DNA of 64,000 bases, from the NCBI GenBank assembly GCA_027082875.1, contig JALWTK010000046.1, positions 4,677 through 68,676 on the forward strand, read 5' to 3'. This document shows positions 38,032 through 46,239 of this stretch, in pieces. The notes beneath the pieces were generated by a model. The model searched no databases, was not told the origin of the DNA, and worked only from the letters and a program-made list of their open reading frames with translations. This DNA comes from Sulfurimonas sp. Lineage in GTDB: Bacteria > Campylobacterota > Campylobacteria > Campylobacterales > Sulfurimonadaceae. Made by a program: the position numbers and the translations under genes. The first letter of the stretch is position 1. Every line of letters starts with the position of its first letter.

Positions 38032-39121
38032 AACGGAAATGCATAACATCTCCATCTTGAACTATATACTCTTTCCCCTCTAGACGCATTTTTCCTGCAT
38101 CTTTTGCTCCTGTTTCACCACCACAAGCTATAAAGTCATCATAAGCGATAACTTCAGCACGGATAAAACCTTTTTCAAAGTCGTTGTGAATAGCCGCTGC
38201 GGCACGAGGAGCAGTTGAATTTTGGTGGATAGTCCAAGAACGAACCTCTTTGACACCAGCAGTAAAGTAGCTCATTAAACCAAGTTTCTCAAAACCTTTG
38301 TGGATAATTTGTTCAAGGCCTGATTCTTCTACACCCATATCTGTTAAGAACTCTTGAGCCTCTTCTTCATCAAGACCAATGAGTTCTTCTTCTACTTTTG
38401 CACAGAGTTTTATAAGCTCACAGTTGTTAGCTTCAGCATGTGCTTTTAGTGCTTTGACATAGTCATTATCTTCAAGGAGGCCATCTTCGTCAGTATTTGC
38501 ACCATACATGATCTCTTTGTCTGTTAAGAAACGCACTTCATTTACAAGCTGTGAATACTCTTCAGTATCTGTTTTGTCGAAGTTACGAGCGAGGTTACCA
38601 TCACCTAAAAACTCTAAAAGCTCTTCTGCAAACTCTAAAACAGCCTTAGCAGATTTATCAGCCTTGGCTTGTTTTTTAAGTCTGTCCATACGGTTTGAAA
38701 GTACTTCGATGTCAGCTAAAATAAGCTCACCTTCGATAATCTCAACATCACGAAGTGGATCAATACTCCCTTCATTATGTACAATATTATCATCATCAAA
38801 ACATCTTACTATTTGTAAGATAACTTCTGTCTCACGGATATTTGAGAGGAACTTGTTCCCAAGACCTTCCCCCGAAGATGCTCCCTTTACAAGACCAGCG
38901 ATATCAACAAAGTCTAAAGTAGAGTATTGTACTCGCTCAGGATTTACTATCTTAGAAAGTTCTACTAAACGTTTATCAGGAACAGGCACAACAGCCTTAT
39001 TCGGCTCAATAGTACAAAAGGGATAGTTTGCTGCTTCTGCATTTTGTGCCTTTGTTAAAGCATTAAAAGTTGTTGATTTACCTACGTTTGGAAGTCCTAC
39101 AAGACCGATTGCTACACCCAT
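38021..39121 (-). CDS. ychF: Redox-regulated ribosome-binding ATPase YchF
   Basis: GLPNVGKST, NYPFCTIEPN, DIAGLV.GAS.GEGLGNKFL, YFTAG, IH.DFEKGFIRAE. Confidence 0.97.
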   Translation of the reverse strand: MGVAIGLVGLPNVGKSTTFNALTKAQNAEAANYPFCTIEPNKAVVPVPDKRLVELSKIVNPERVQYSTLDFVDIAGLVKGASSGEGLGNKFLSNIRETEVILQIVRCFDDDNIVHNEGSIDPLRDVEIIEGELILADIEVLSNRMDRLKKQAKADKSAKAVLEFAEELLEFLGDGNLARNFDKTDTEEYSQLVNEVRFLTDKEIMYGANTDEDGLLEDNDYVKALKAHAEANNCELIKLCAKVEEELIGLDEEEAQEFLTDMGVEESGLEQIIHKGFEKLGLMSYFTAGVKEVRSWTIHQNSTAPRAAAAIHNDFEKGFIRAEVIAYDDFIACGGETGAKDAGKMRLEGKEYIVQDGDVMHFRFNV

Positions 39122-39176
39122 AATTTCTCCGATATATTGTTATATTTTTGCCATTATACTCAAAAAAGCTTATAAT

Positions 39177-39494
39177 TTAATAGTGCACCGCTATCCAGAC
39201 TGTTTTTTCCTCTTCACTCGTCCACGAGACGCGATGGCGTTTATGTGCTTGGATATTGAGATACTCACCAACTTTAAGTGGTATATCTTCTTCATTTTCA
39301 AAAGAGATTATGGCAGCACCTTGAAGAAGGATAACCCATTCATTATCTTCTTGGTCATACCATTGACCCTCTGGTGTAGTGTGTGCTTCTGAGACTATTC
39401 TTTGGATTTTTATTCCATCTTTTGTGAGTAGATTTTCAAAAAGTTCTTCATCTAAGTGCTGGGGGATATTGTCAAATATATTATCTGTTTTCAT
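39177..39494 (-). CDS. Cupin domain-containing protein
   Basis: IQRIVS..H.TP..WYDQ..NEWV.LLQG...H.RHRV.WT. Confidence 0.85.
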   Translation of the reverse strand: MKTDNIFDNIPQHLDEELFENLLTKDGIKIQRIVSEAHTTPEGQWYDQEDNEWVILLQGAAIISFENEEDIPLKVGEYLNIQAHKRHRVSWTSEEEKTVWIAVHY

Positions 39495-39546
39495 ACTGTA
39501 AGAGTATCTTAGATATACTTTTGTATTCGTTATAAGGAAGAAAAAA

Positions 39547-39912
39547 ATGGCAGAAATATTAGAGTTAAGTGATAAAAACTACAGTGCATTTATGGAAAAA
39601 ACCGAGTCTCTTGTCTTTATAGACTTTTACAGTGAGACCTGCGGACCTTGTCAAACACTACTTACTTATCTTCCGCGTTTAGCTGAGCACTACACAGATG
39701 AGTCTGTAGTCATAGCCAAAGTAAACGCAGCATCAAGTCCAAAACTCTCTGCAAAGTTTATGGTGCAGAGTGTCCCTCTAAGTTTAGTTATAGGCAAAGA
39801 TAAGATGGTCAAAAAAGCGGAAGTGGGACTACTCGGTATCGATGGATACTTTAAGATGATAGATAAGGAACTAGGTAAGTCACAAGGGTTTTTCTCCAGA
39901 CTTTTTGGGTAG
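39547..39912 (+). CDS. Thioredoxin-family protein
   Basis: DFYSETCGPCQ, cis-Pro SVP. Confidence 0.88.
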   Translation: MAEILELSDKNYSAFMEKTESLVFIDFYSETCGPCQTLLTYLPRLAEHYTDESVVIAKVNAASSPKLSAKFMVQSVPLSLVIGKDKMVKKAEVGLLGIDGYFKMIDKELGKSQGFFSRLFG

Positions 39913-39920
39913 TAAGTATT

Positions 39921-40439
39921 TTAGTGTTGCATTTTATTCAAAATCTCTAAGGTCTTCGTAACATCATAGATAGCACTATGATACTGCTCATCATCAAAAT
40001 CTATGTTGTAGTGAAGACAGGTTTCTATGAGTTTAGGGTTTTTGAGATTGCCTTTTGCATTGGTGGCTTGGACGATTTTTTTGTTCTCTTTCATTGTGCA
40101 GAAGTGATGCTCAAAAGCGAGAATATCTCCGATGTGTCTTAACTCAAAAGAGATATTGTGTGCTACAAGTGTGTTTGCATCCTTACAAAACTCTATAAAG
40201 TCAGTATCATTTTCAAAGTACTCTTCGTAGTCAACATCTTTTCTCAGTCTAGTTAATCGTTCCTCTGATAGTTTATGCACCGCTAAGGCATAAGGGTTTT
40301 CTTCGTACTCTGAGAAGTAGTAACGGTGAAAAGTATCTTGTATTTTGTAAACACCATTTATGAGTGCAACACGAAACGCAGCAACCTCTATGACATCATG
40401 AACATTTGTAGAGTTGGTTTCAAAGTCTAGTATTATCAT
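39921..40439 (-). CDS. DEDDh 3'-5' exonuclease (DnaQ-like)
   Basis: LDFETN (ExoI), VAHNISFE (ExoII), HSAIYDV (ExoIII). Confidence 0.85.
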   Translation of the reverse strand: MIILDFETNSTNVHDVIEVAAFRVALINGVYKIQDTFHRYYFSEYEENPYALAVHKLSEERLTRLRKDVDYEEYFENDTDFIEFCKDANTLVAHNISFELRHIGDILAFEHHFCTMKENKKIVQATNAKGNLKNPKLIETCLHYNIDFDDEQYHSAIYDVTKTLEILNKMQH

Positions 40440-40696
40440 TTTGTTTCCTCTTGGATCACAAACCAGTTTTTATTAGTAGTTTGTTTTTTTGTTTCTTTTT
40501 TATTCGCAACCTTGATTATGTTTTGTATGAGGCTAATATTTTTCATTATCTTTCTCATAGGTTCACTTTGAGATAAATTCAGATCTGTTTTTGTCTTGTG
40601 CTCTTTTGTATCAGTAATTGGCTCAATTTTAATCCATTTATCATTGGCATGCAAATTTACTATTGTAAGGATTATTAAAACAGAGATGATTTTCAT
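40436..40696 (-). CDS. Small exported hypothetical protein
   Basis: 86 aa with signal-peptide-like N-terminus; ATGA overlap with the exonuclease gene. Confidence 0.6.
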   Translation of the reverse strand: MKIISVLIILTIVNLHANDKWIKIEPITDTKEHKTKTDLNLSQSEPMRKIMKNISLIQNIIKVANKKETKKQTTNKNWFVIQEETK

Positions 40697-40702
40697 AGTG
40701 AG

Positions 40703-40711
40703 ATTATAGCA
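40703..40711 (-). promoter_or_regulatory. Extended -10 promoter (TGCTATAAT)
   Basis: Perfect TGnTATAAT just upstream of the 40696 start. Confidence 0.55.
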
Positions 40712-40742
40712 TTTATCATGGTGTTATTGATTTGAGTTTTGA

Positions 40743-40748
40743 TATAAT
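40743..40748 (+). promoter_or_regulatory. -10 box (TATAAT) for the 45-aa ORF / exonuclease / HEAT / helicase genes
   Basis: TATAAT followed by AAGGA RBS and ATG at 40773. Confidence 0.55.
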
Positions 40749-40772
40749 CCGATGAAAGCAAGGAATAAGAAT

Positions 40773-40910
40773 ATGAATAGACAAAATAAGATTCAAAAAC
40801 TGTATGATAAACGTCTCAAACGGGCTCGTGCAAAGTTGAAAACTTCTTCTAAAGAACGTTATATCTCAAAGGCAGATAGAGCAAAAGAAGATGAAGAAAA
40901 AGGGGAATAG
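40773..40910 (+). CDS. Small basic protein, DUF2986-like (45 aa; below ORF-track cutoff)
   Basis: MNRQNKIQKLYDKRLKRARAKLKTSSKERYISKADRAKEDEEKGE; RBS and -10 present; YISKA.RA motif. Confidence 0.75.
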   Translation: MNRQNKIQKLYDKRLKRARAKLKTSSKERYISKADRAKEDEEKGE

Positions 40911-41703
40911 TATCAAAATAATTGAAACTATAGCAGATAAGCATCGACTCAACTTGATTCGTTGTGTCGCTGGAGAAGAAGCACTCAAAGAGTTAGATGA
41001 AGCACTAGTTATAGCTTTACAAAAAAGCTCGAAATCACTTCAAACTATAACTGAGTTTTTTACCCTGCTTGACTCTCCTAAACAAGATACAACTGGTACA
41101 TATCCTCCTTATACGACTGAAAATAGAAAAGTGAATATTGTTCAAAATACTCAGGAGTTAGAAAGAGCGGTAAAGTCAATCAGAAAATCAAAATTAATTG
41201 GCTTTGATAGTGAGCAAAGACCAACATTTACAAAAGGTGAAACACCACATGGTGTTGCTGTTATTCAACTAGCAAACCTTACAGAATGTTATGTTATTCA
41301 AGTGAAAAAGGTTAGAAATTTAAGCTCACTTTTTGAGTTAATTGAAGATGATAATATTGTTAAAGTTGGAGTAAATCTTACTGGTGATAGACAAGCTTTA
41401 TATACTGAGTTTGGGGTTAAAATGAGGGCTACTATTGACATCGATGGAGTACTTTCTAAGCTTACATCGAGAGATAGTATTGGAGCAAAAAAAGCAGCGA
41501 CAATCTTTCTCAAAAGAAATTTACAAAAATCAAAAAAGATATCTACATCAAACTGGGAAGCCAAAGTTCTTTCCCAAAAACAAGTTAAATATGCTGCCGA
41601 AGATGCTTGTGTGGCATATGATGTTACAATACACTTATTAAATACTTATCCCTTTATAAAAGAAGCAATGCCTTCATGGTTTGCAAGTAAAAATATACTA
41701 TAA
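40891..41703 (+). CDS. DEDDy 3'-5' exonuclease (RNase D/WRN/EXD2-like) with N-terminal extension
   Basis: IGFDSEQRP, VIQLA, KVGV...DR, SNWE...LS.KQ.KYAAEDA. Confidence 0.88.
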   Translation: MKKKGNSIKIIETIADKHRLNLIRCVAGEEALKELDEALVIALQKSSKSLQTITEFFTLLDSPKQDTTGTYPPYTTENRKVNIVQNTQELERAVKSIRKSKLIGFDSEQRPTFTKGETPHGVAVIQLANLTECYVIQVKKVRNLSSLFELIEDDNIVKVGVNLTGDRQALYTEFGVKMRATIDIDGVLSKLTSRDSIGAKKAATIFLKRNLQKSKKISTSNWEAKVLSQKQVKYAAEDACVAYDVTIHLLNTYPFIKEAMPSWFASKNIL

Positions 41704-41744
41704 AAATTAAGATAATATCGAAGAAAATACAAGGAAAAAATACA

Positions 41745-42197
41745 ATGGAACTACTAAAAGAGACACCTAAAAATATAGAGGAACTGGTAAAACAGGCTAC
41801 TTTACTATCTGACTACAAAGCACGACTTACTGCACTCAATGAACTGAGTAAATATGACTGCACCGAGTCACGAGATGTGATTCTTCGCTTAGCTTTACAT
41901 GATAAAGTATTTAAAGTGAAAGAGGTGGCGTTTAAAGCTGCTAAAGCTTTGGGTATAAAGAAAAATGGAAAAGATCTCAAGCTTGGAAAGAAGAATATTG
42001 GCTATAAATTAGAAGACTTTACAAAGGCATTTTTGAAAATAAGAGAAGGAAAAGAGATAAATAAATTTAATGTTGTCATCTTTAAAAAAGCATTTGCTAA
42101 AAGTAATCCTGAGATGTATGATGTAATGCAGTTTGAGAAGGGTGCTAAGTTTGACTCATGGGTGAAGACAACTTATAGCTGTTTACCGAAAAAATAG
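41745..42197 (+). CDS. HEAT-repeat domain protein
   Basis: DYKARLTALNEL...VILRLALHDKVFKVKEVAFKA. Confidence 0.7.
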   Translation: MELLKETPKNIEELVKQATLLSDYKARLTALNELSKYDCTESRDVILRLALHDKVFKVKEVAFKAAKALGIKKNGKDLKLGKKNIGYKLEDFTKAFLKIREGKEINKFNVVIFKKAFAKSNPEMYDVMQFEKGAKFDSWVKTTYSCLPKK

Positions 42198-42206
42198 ATA
42201 GTTACA

Positions 42207-43922
42207 TTGTCTCTTCAAAATACAACACTTGATATACTCAAAACTGGGAATAATGTCTTTATAACAGGTTCTGCTGGAACTGGAAAAACATATCTTCTTC
42301 ATCAGTATATGTTCTATCTCAAAGCAAGAAAAGTCATGCCAACTGTGGTCGCTCCTACTGGTATAGCAGCTTCACATCTGCAAGGGCAAACTATTCACTC
42401 CTTTTTTAGTTTGGGAATTCGCTCTGAGATTGATGAGGATTATATCGACTCGCTTGTAGAGAAGAAGTATCTTCAAACTCGTTTTTCAAAACTTAAGGTA
42501 CTTATAGTCGATGAGATTTCTATGGTTTCACCTGAGATGTTCTCGGCTATGGATAGAATACTTCGTGCATTTAAGAAGAACAATACTCCTTTTGGTGGCG
42601 TTCAAACTATACTCTCTGGGGATTTTTTTCAACTCCCTCCAATCTCGAAGATGCCAACAGAGAAACGCTTTGCATGGCAGTCTCCTTCGTGGAAAGAGTT
42701 AGGGCTAAAAACTTGTTACTTACAAGAGAAGTTTCGGCAAGATGATAATGTACTTATCTCTATCTTGGATGAGATTAGAAGTGGGAGTGTTTCTAGTCAC
42801 TCTATTGATCTCTTAAATGCGAGATATCACAAAGAGCTTGACAATGGATTTACTCCAACGAAACTCTATACTCATAATATGGATGTAGATAGAATAAACA
42901 GTGAAGAGTTGGCAAAGATTGCTAATCCATCCTTCGCGTTTACATATAAGTCCGAGGGTTCGGCTAAAAATATTGAGAAGATATTTAAATCCTCTTTGGT
43001 TTTAGAAGAGATTAATCTCAAAAAAGATGCTGTTGTGATGTTTATAAAAAACAACAGTGAGTTGGGTTATGTCAATGGAACTACAGGAGTAGTAGTCAGT
43101 TTTGATGAAGAAAATGGCTTACCTCTCGTAAAAACATCTGATGGAAGTCTCATAAGAGTAGCATTAGAAGACTGGAGTATGGAGAACGATAGTGGCAATG
43201 TTGTCGCGAAAGTCTCACAAATTCCACTGAAGTTAGCATGGGCTATTACTATACATAAGTCTCAGGGAATGACACTCGACTCAGCAGAGATAGACCTCTC
43301 TAAAACCTTTGAAGTAGGGCAGGGTTATGTAGCACTCTCTCGTATAAAAAATATCGAGGGTCTGCGTTTGATGGGGCTCAATGATAAAGCACTCACAGTA
43401 GACCCTCTCATTCTCCACATAGATGATAGGATAAAAGGAGCATCAGCTAAAGCAAGTGAAGAGATAGCTGCACTCGCTCCTGAGCATCTTCAAGAGCTTT
43501 TTGACTCCTACATTTTGAGTATAGATGGTCTACTTGACACTACTAAAATAGAGGCAGAAGAGAAAGCTCTTCGTTCAGAGAAAAAGATAGTAAAAAATAG
43601 TGCTACACCTACTCATATCCAAACGCAGGAGTTACTTGAGTCTTGTAGTTCTATAGATGAGTTGGCTACGAAGAGAGCTATGAGTAAGGGAACTATTATC
43701 AAGCATCTCAGTGTTTTAAAAGAGCAAAATCCTGAGATTGACTTGGAAAAGTTCTTACCCGATGCAAAAACTTGTGAGCTTGTGAAAAGTGCTGTAGAGG
43801 AAGTGAAAAAAAGAGATAATAAAGATGACTTTAGTGAAGATGGAAACATAAGACTCAAACCTATCTTTGAGCTCCTAGACTCTAGTATTCCTTATGATGA
43901 TATCAAAATGGTACTACTTTAG
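42207..43922 (+). CDS. Pif1/RecD-like SF1B helicase with C-terminal helix-turn-helix domain
   Basis: TGSAGTGKT, APTGIAA, VDEISM, GDFFQLPP, VNGTTG, WAITIHKSQGMTL, YVALSR; TTG start. Confidence 0.9.
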   Translation: MSLQNTTLDILKTGNNVFITGSAGTGKTYLLHQYMFYLKARKVMPTVVAPTGIAASHLQGQTIHSFFSLGIRSEIDEDYIDSLVEKKYLQTRFSKLKVLIVDEISMVSPEMFSAMDRILRAFKKNNTPFGGVQTILSGDFFQLPPISKMPTEKRFAWQSPSWKELGLKTCYLQEKFRQDDNVLISILDEIRSGSVSSHSIDLLNARYHKELDNGFTPTKLYTHNMDVDRINSEELAKIANPSFAFTYKSEGSAKNIEKIFKSSLVLEEINLKKDAVVMFIKNNSELGYVNGTTGVVVSFDEENGLPLVKTSDGSLIRVALEDWSMENDSGNVVAKVSQIPLKLAWAITIHKSQGMTLDSAEIDLSKTFEVGQGYVALSRIKNIEGLRLMGLNDKALTVDPLILHIDDRIKGASAKASEEIAALAPEHLQELFDSYILSIDGLLDTTKIEAEEKALRSEKKIVKNSATPTHIQTQELLESCSSIDELATKRAMSKGTIIKHLSVLKEQNPEIDLEKFLPDAKTCELVKSAVEEVKKRDNKDDFSEDGNIRLKPIFELLDSSIPYDDIKMVLL

Positions 43923-43926
43923 TCTT

Positions 43927-45816
43927 TTATTTTTCTATTAAAAGATCGTCTTGTGGCCGTGCAAGATAAAATCCTTGGATAGTTGTAATACCTAAAGATT
44001 TTACGATCTCATAGACCTCTTTGGAGTGCACAAACTCTGCAACTGTATCAATACCCAGCTCTTGAGTAAGTACAATGATAGACTGAACTATGATTTTAGA
44101 TTTTTTAGATGTGTCTATATTTTTAATAAGTGAACCATCAATCTTGACTATATCTATTGGGATAATTTGAAAAACATTATAGTTTGCAAATCCAGCACCA
44201 AAATCATCAATGGCAATTTTTACACCATAAGATCTGATTTTTTTAATATTCTCTGCAAAGATTTCATTTGCCTCAAGCACCTCATACTCTAAAAGTTCCA
44301 CAATTAACCAAGGTGCAAAGTCAGCATTCTGTTCCAACTTGGCAATAATAATTTTAAAGATATCTGTATTTATTATGTCAGAAAAGTTTAGGTTTACACT
44401 AATAGCGACTCTGTTTTGACGAATTTTAGAAAAAACAGTGTGTAAAATCTCTTTGGTCATTTGGTTATAGATATTTGTATGTAAAACTGTAGTGATAAAT
44501 CTGTTTGGGTAAACTGTAGTATTTTCACTATCTTTGAGTCGCACTAAAGCTTCATACTTAGTTATTTTTCCTGTTTTTGCACTAAAGAGTGCTTGATATT
44601 GACAGAAAAGTCTGCTGTTTTCAATGGCATCTTTTATCTCATTAATACCTAAGTTTTGTGTAGTTGGGTCAATGACATAATCTTCATCTATTTGAGTTAT
44701 AACTTTATTTCGTCCATCTCTTTTTGCGATGTAGAGCATCTTGTCGGCATTTTTGATGGCATCGCTAATACTTTTAAAATGATTTGGCTTGCATGTAATT
44801 CCCATAGAAACTGTTATCTGAAGCATACTCTCTTTGTAGTCAAAACTATGCTGTTGTATTGTATGACGTATGTTTTCAGCAATAGAGTTCGCCTGATCAA
44901 GTCCTTTTTTCTCTTTATGTATGAAAAGTAAAAACTCTTCTCCCCCATAGCGTATAAACATGTCATCGCTAGTTATTTCATTCTGAATAAGTGAGGCGAT
45001 ATCTCTAAGAACATAATCCCCAATATTGTGTCCATAGAGGTCATTAACATTTTTAAAGTGGTCAATATCAAGCATGATAATTTGATATTTTTCTATATTT
45101 ATATGCTCTAAAATTTCTTTGAGATAGTTTCTATTGTATGTCTTAGTAAGAGGATCTGTTATGGACTCTTTTTTTGTTTTGAGATTTAAAATAGTTTGGT
45201 AAAGTAAAATGAGAAGCATTATAAATACAGCGATAAAGATATAGTAAAAGATATTATTTAGAGGTGTTAGTACTTCTGAAATATTTTTTGGTATCTTTGT
45301 TGAAAAATCTATGGCAATAATTGCCTCAGTTTTTCCATCTATAACTATTGGTTTGAGGTAAGTCATCCAGAGTGTTGCAAACTTCTTATGTCTGAAAATA
45401 TCAGTTTTCTGGTTTTTATAAACACTATTCCACTGCTTTTTTTCAACATTTAACTTCTCTGAAAACTCTCCTTTATCCTCTTTACTCCCATCTAAAAGGT
45501 ATCGATAGGAACCATCCTTGTCTTTATAAAGTACAAAAATGTATTGAAAAGATTGATTTATCATTGGTGACAAAGTTTGTTCTAAAAAGTGGCGGAGTTT
45601 TATATCTTTTTCTAGTATTTTATAGAGATGATTAGGTACATAATGAACTATTTCACCTTGAATGTTATTAGACATCTCTTGTGCTTGAGAAATAAACAGA
45701 TTATTAATATTATCTGTAAGTATACCCTGCGTTTTATCTAGTGACACATAGAGATAAATGATAGAAGTAATAATAAAAACAAAGATAAGTACATAGATTT
45801 TAAAAAGAGTTTTCAT
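43927..45816 (-). CDS. Membrane-bound diguanylate cyclase/phosphodiesterase (GGDEF-EAL)
   Basis: Two TM helices; RYGGEEF; YEALVRL; AIDDFGAG; VKIDGS. Confidence 0.92.
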   Translation of the reverse strand: MKTLFKIYVLIFVFIITSIIYLYVSLDKTQGILTDNINNLFISQAQEMSNNIQGEIVHYVPNHLYKILEKDIKLRHFLEQTLSPMINQSFQYIFVLYKDKDGSYRYLLDGSKEDKGEFSEKLNVEKKQWNSVYKNQKTDIFRHKKFATLWMTYLKPIVIDGKTEAIIAIDFSTKIPKNISEVLTPLNNIFYYIFIAVFIMLLILLYQTILNLKTKKESITDPLTKTYNRNYLKEILEHINIEKYQIIMLDIDHFKNVNDLYGHNIGDYVLRDIASLIQNEITSDDMFIRYGGEEFLLFIHKEKKGLDQANSIAENIRHTIQQHSFDYKESMLQITVSMGITCKPNHFKSISDAIKNADKMLYIAKRDGRNKVITQIDEDYVIDPTTQNLGINEIKDAIENSRLFCQYQALFSAKTGKITKYEALVRLKDSENTTVYPNRFITTVLHTNIYNQMTKEILHTVFSKIRQNRVAISVNLNFSDIINTDIFKIIIAKLEQNADFAPWLIVELLEYEVLEANEIFAENIKKIRSYGVKIAIDDFGAGFANYNVFQIIPIDIVKIDGSLIKNIDTSKKSKIIVQSIIVLTQELGIDTVAEFVHSKEVYEIVKSLGITTIQGFYLARPQDDLLIEK

Positions 45817-46238
45817 TAGTCATTCTCTATATATTTTTGCATATGTGAAGGTATGGATATATGGTTTTTCATAAGATTGTTTTTTAGTAAAACAATATTT
45901 GGACGACCTTTCTTCCAATAAAATCCACCGATAGCACTCTGTTTATAAGACTTGAGAAGTTTATAGTTTGTGACAAATATGGGAGTTTGTTTTTTAATGT
46001 CCCTATCTTTACTAAGAAGTAATATATCAGCTTTATTGATATCTGATGTCTTTGTAAATAAGGAAACATTGTCAATGAGTCTACTGTTTTTTGGAGTATC
46101 ACTCCAGACATAAAGAGTCTCTTTTTGTGGAAAAAGAGATGAGAAAATAGTCTGATATATCTTCTGTTCATACTCTGCACTTGAAGCAGATAGTAGTAAT
46201 GGGAGCAGAAGTAAACTAATAACTATTTTTTTAAGCAT
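45816..46238 (-). CDS. Periplasmic YfiR/DUF4154-like protein
   Basis: Signal peptide; ADILLL...IFVT.Y...AIGGFYWKKGRPNI. Confidence 0.65.
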   Translation of the reverse strand: MLKKIVISLLLLPLLLSASSAEYEQKIYQTIFSSLFPQKETLYVWSDTPKNSRLIDNVSLFTKTSDINKADILLLSKDRDIKKQTPIFVTNYKLLKSYKQSAIGGFYWKKGRPNIVLLKNNLMKNHISIPSHMQKYIEND

Positions 46239-46239
46239 A

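Noticed and set aside
38508-39026. Long antisense ORFs (also 2547-2876, 10144-10587, 24219-24485, 31680-31970 and others)
   Set aside because: They are shadow frames of well-supported genes, with no RBS or recognisable motifs.
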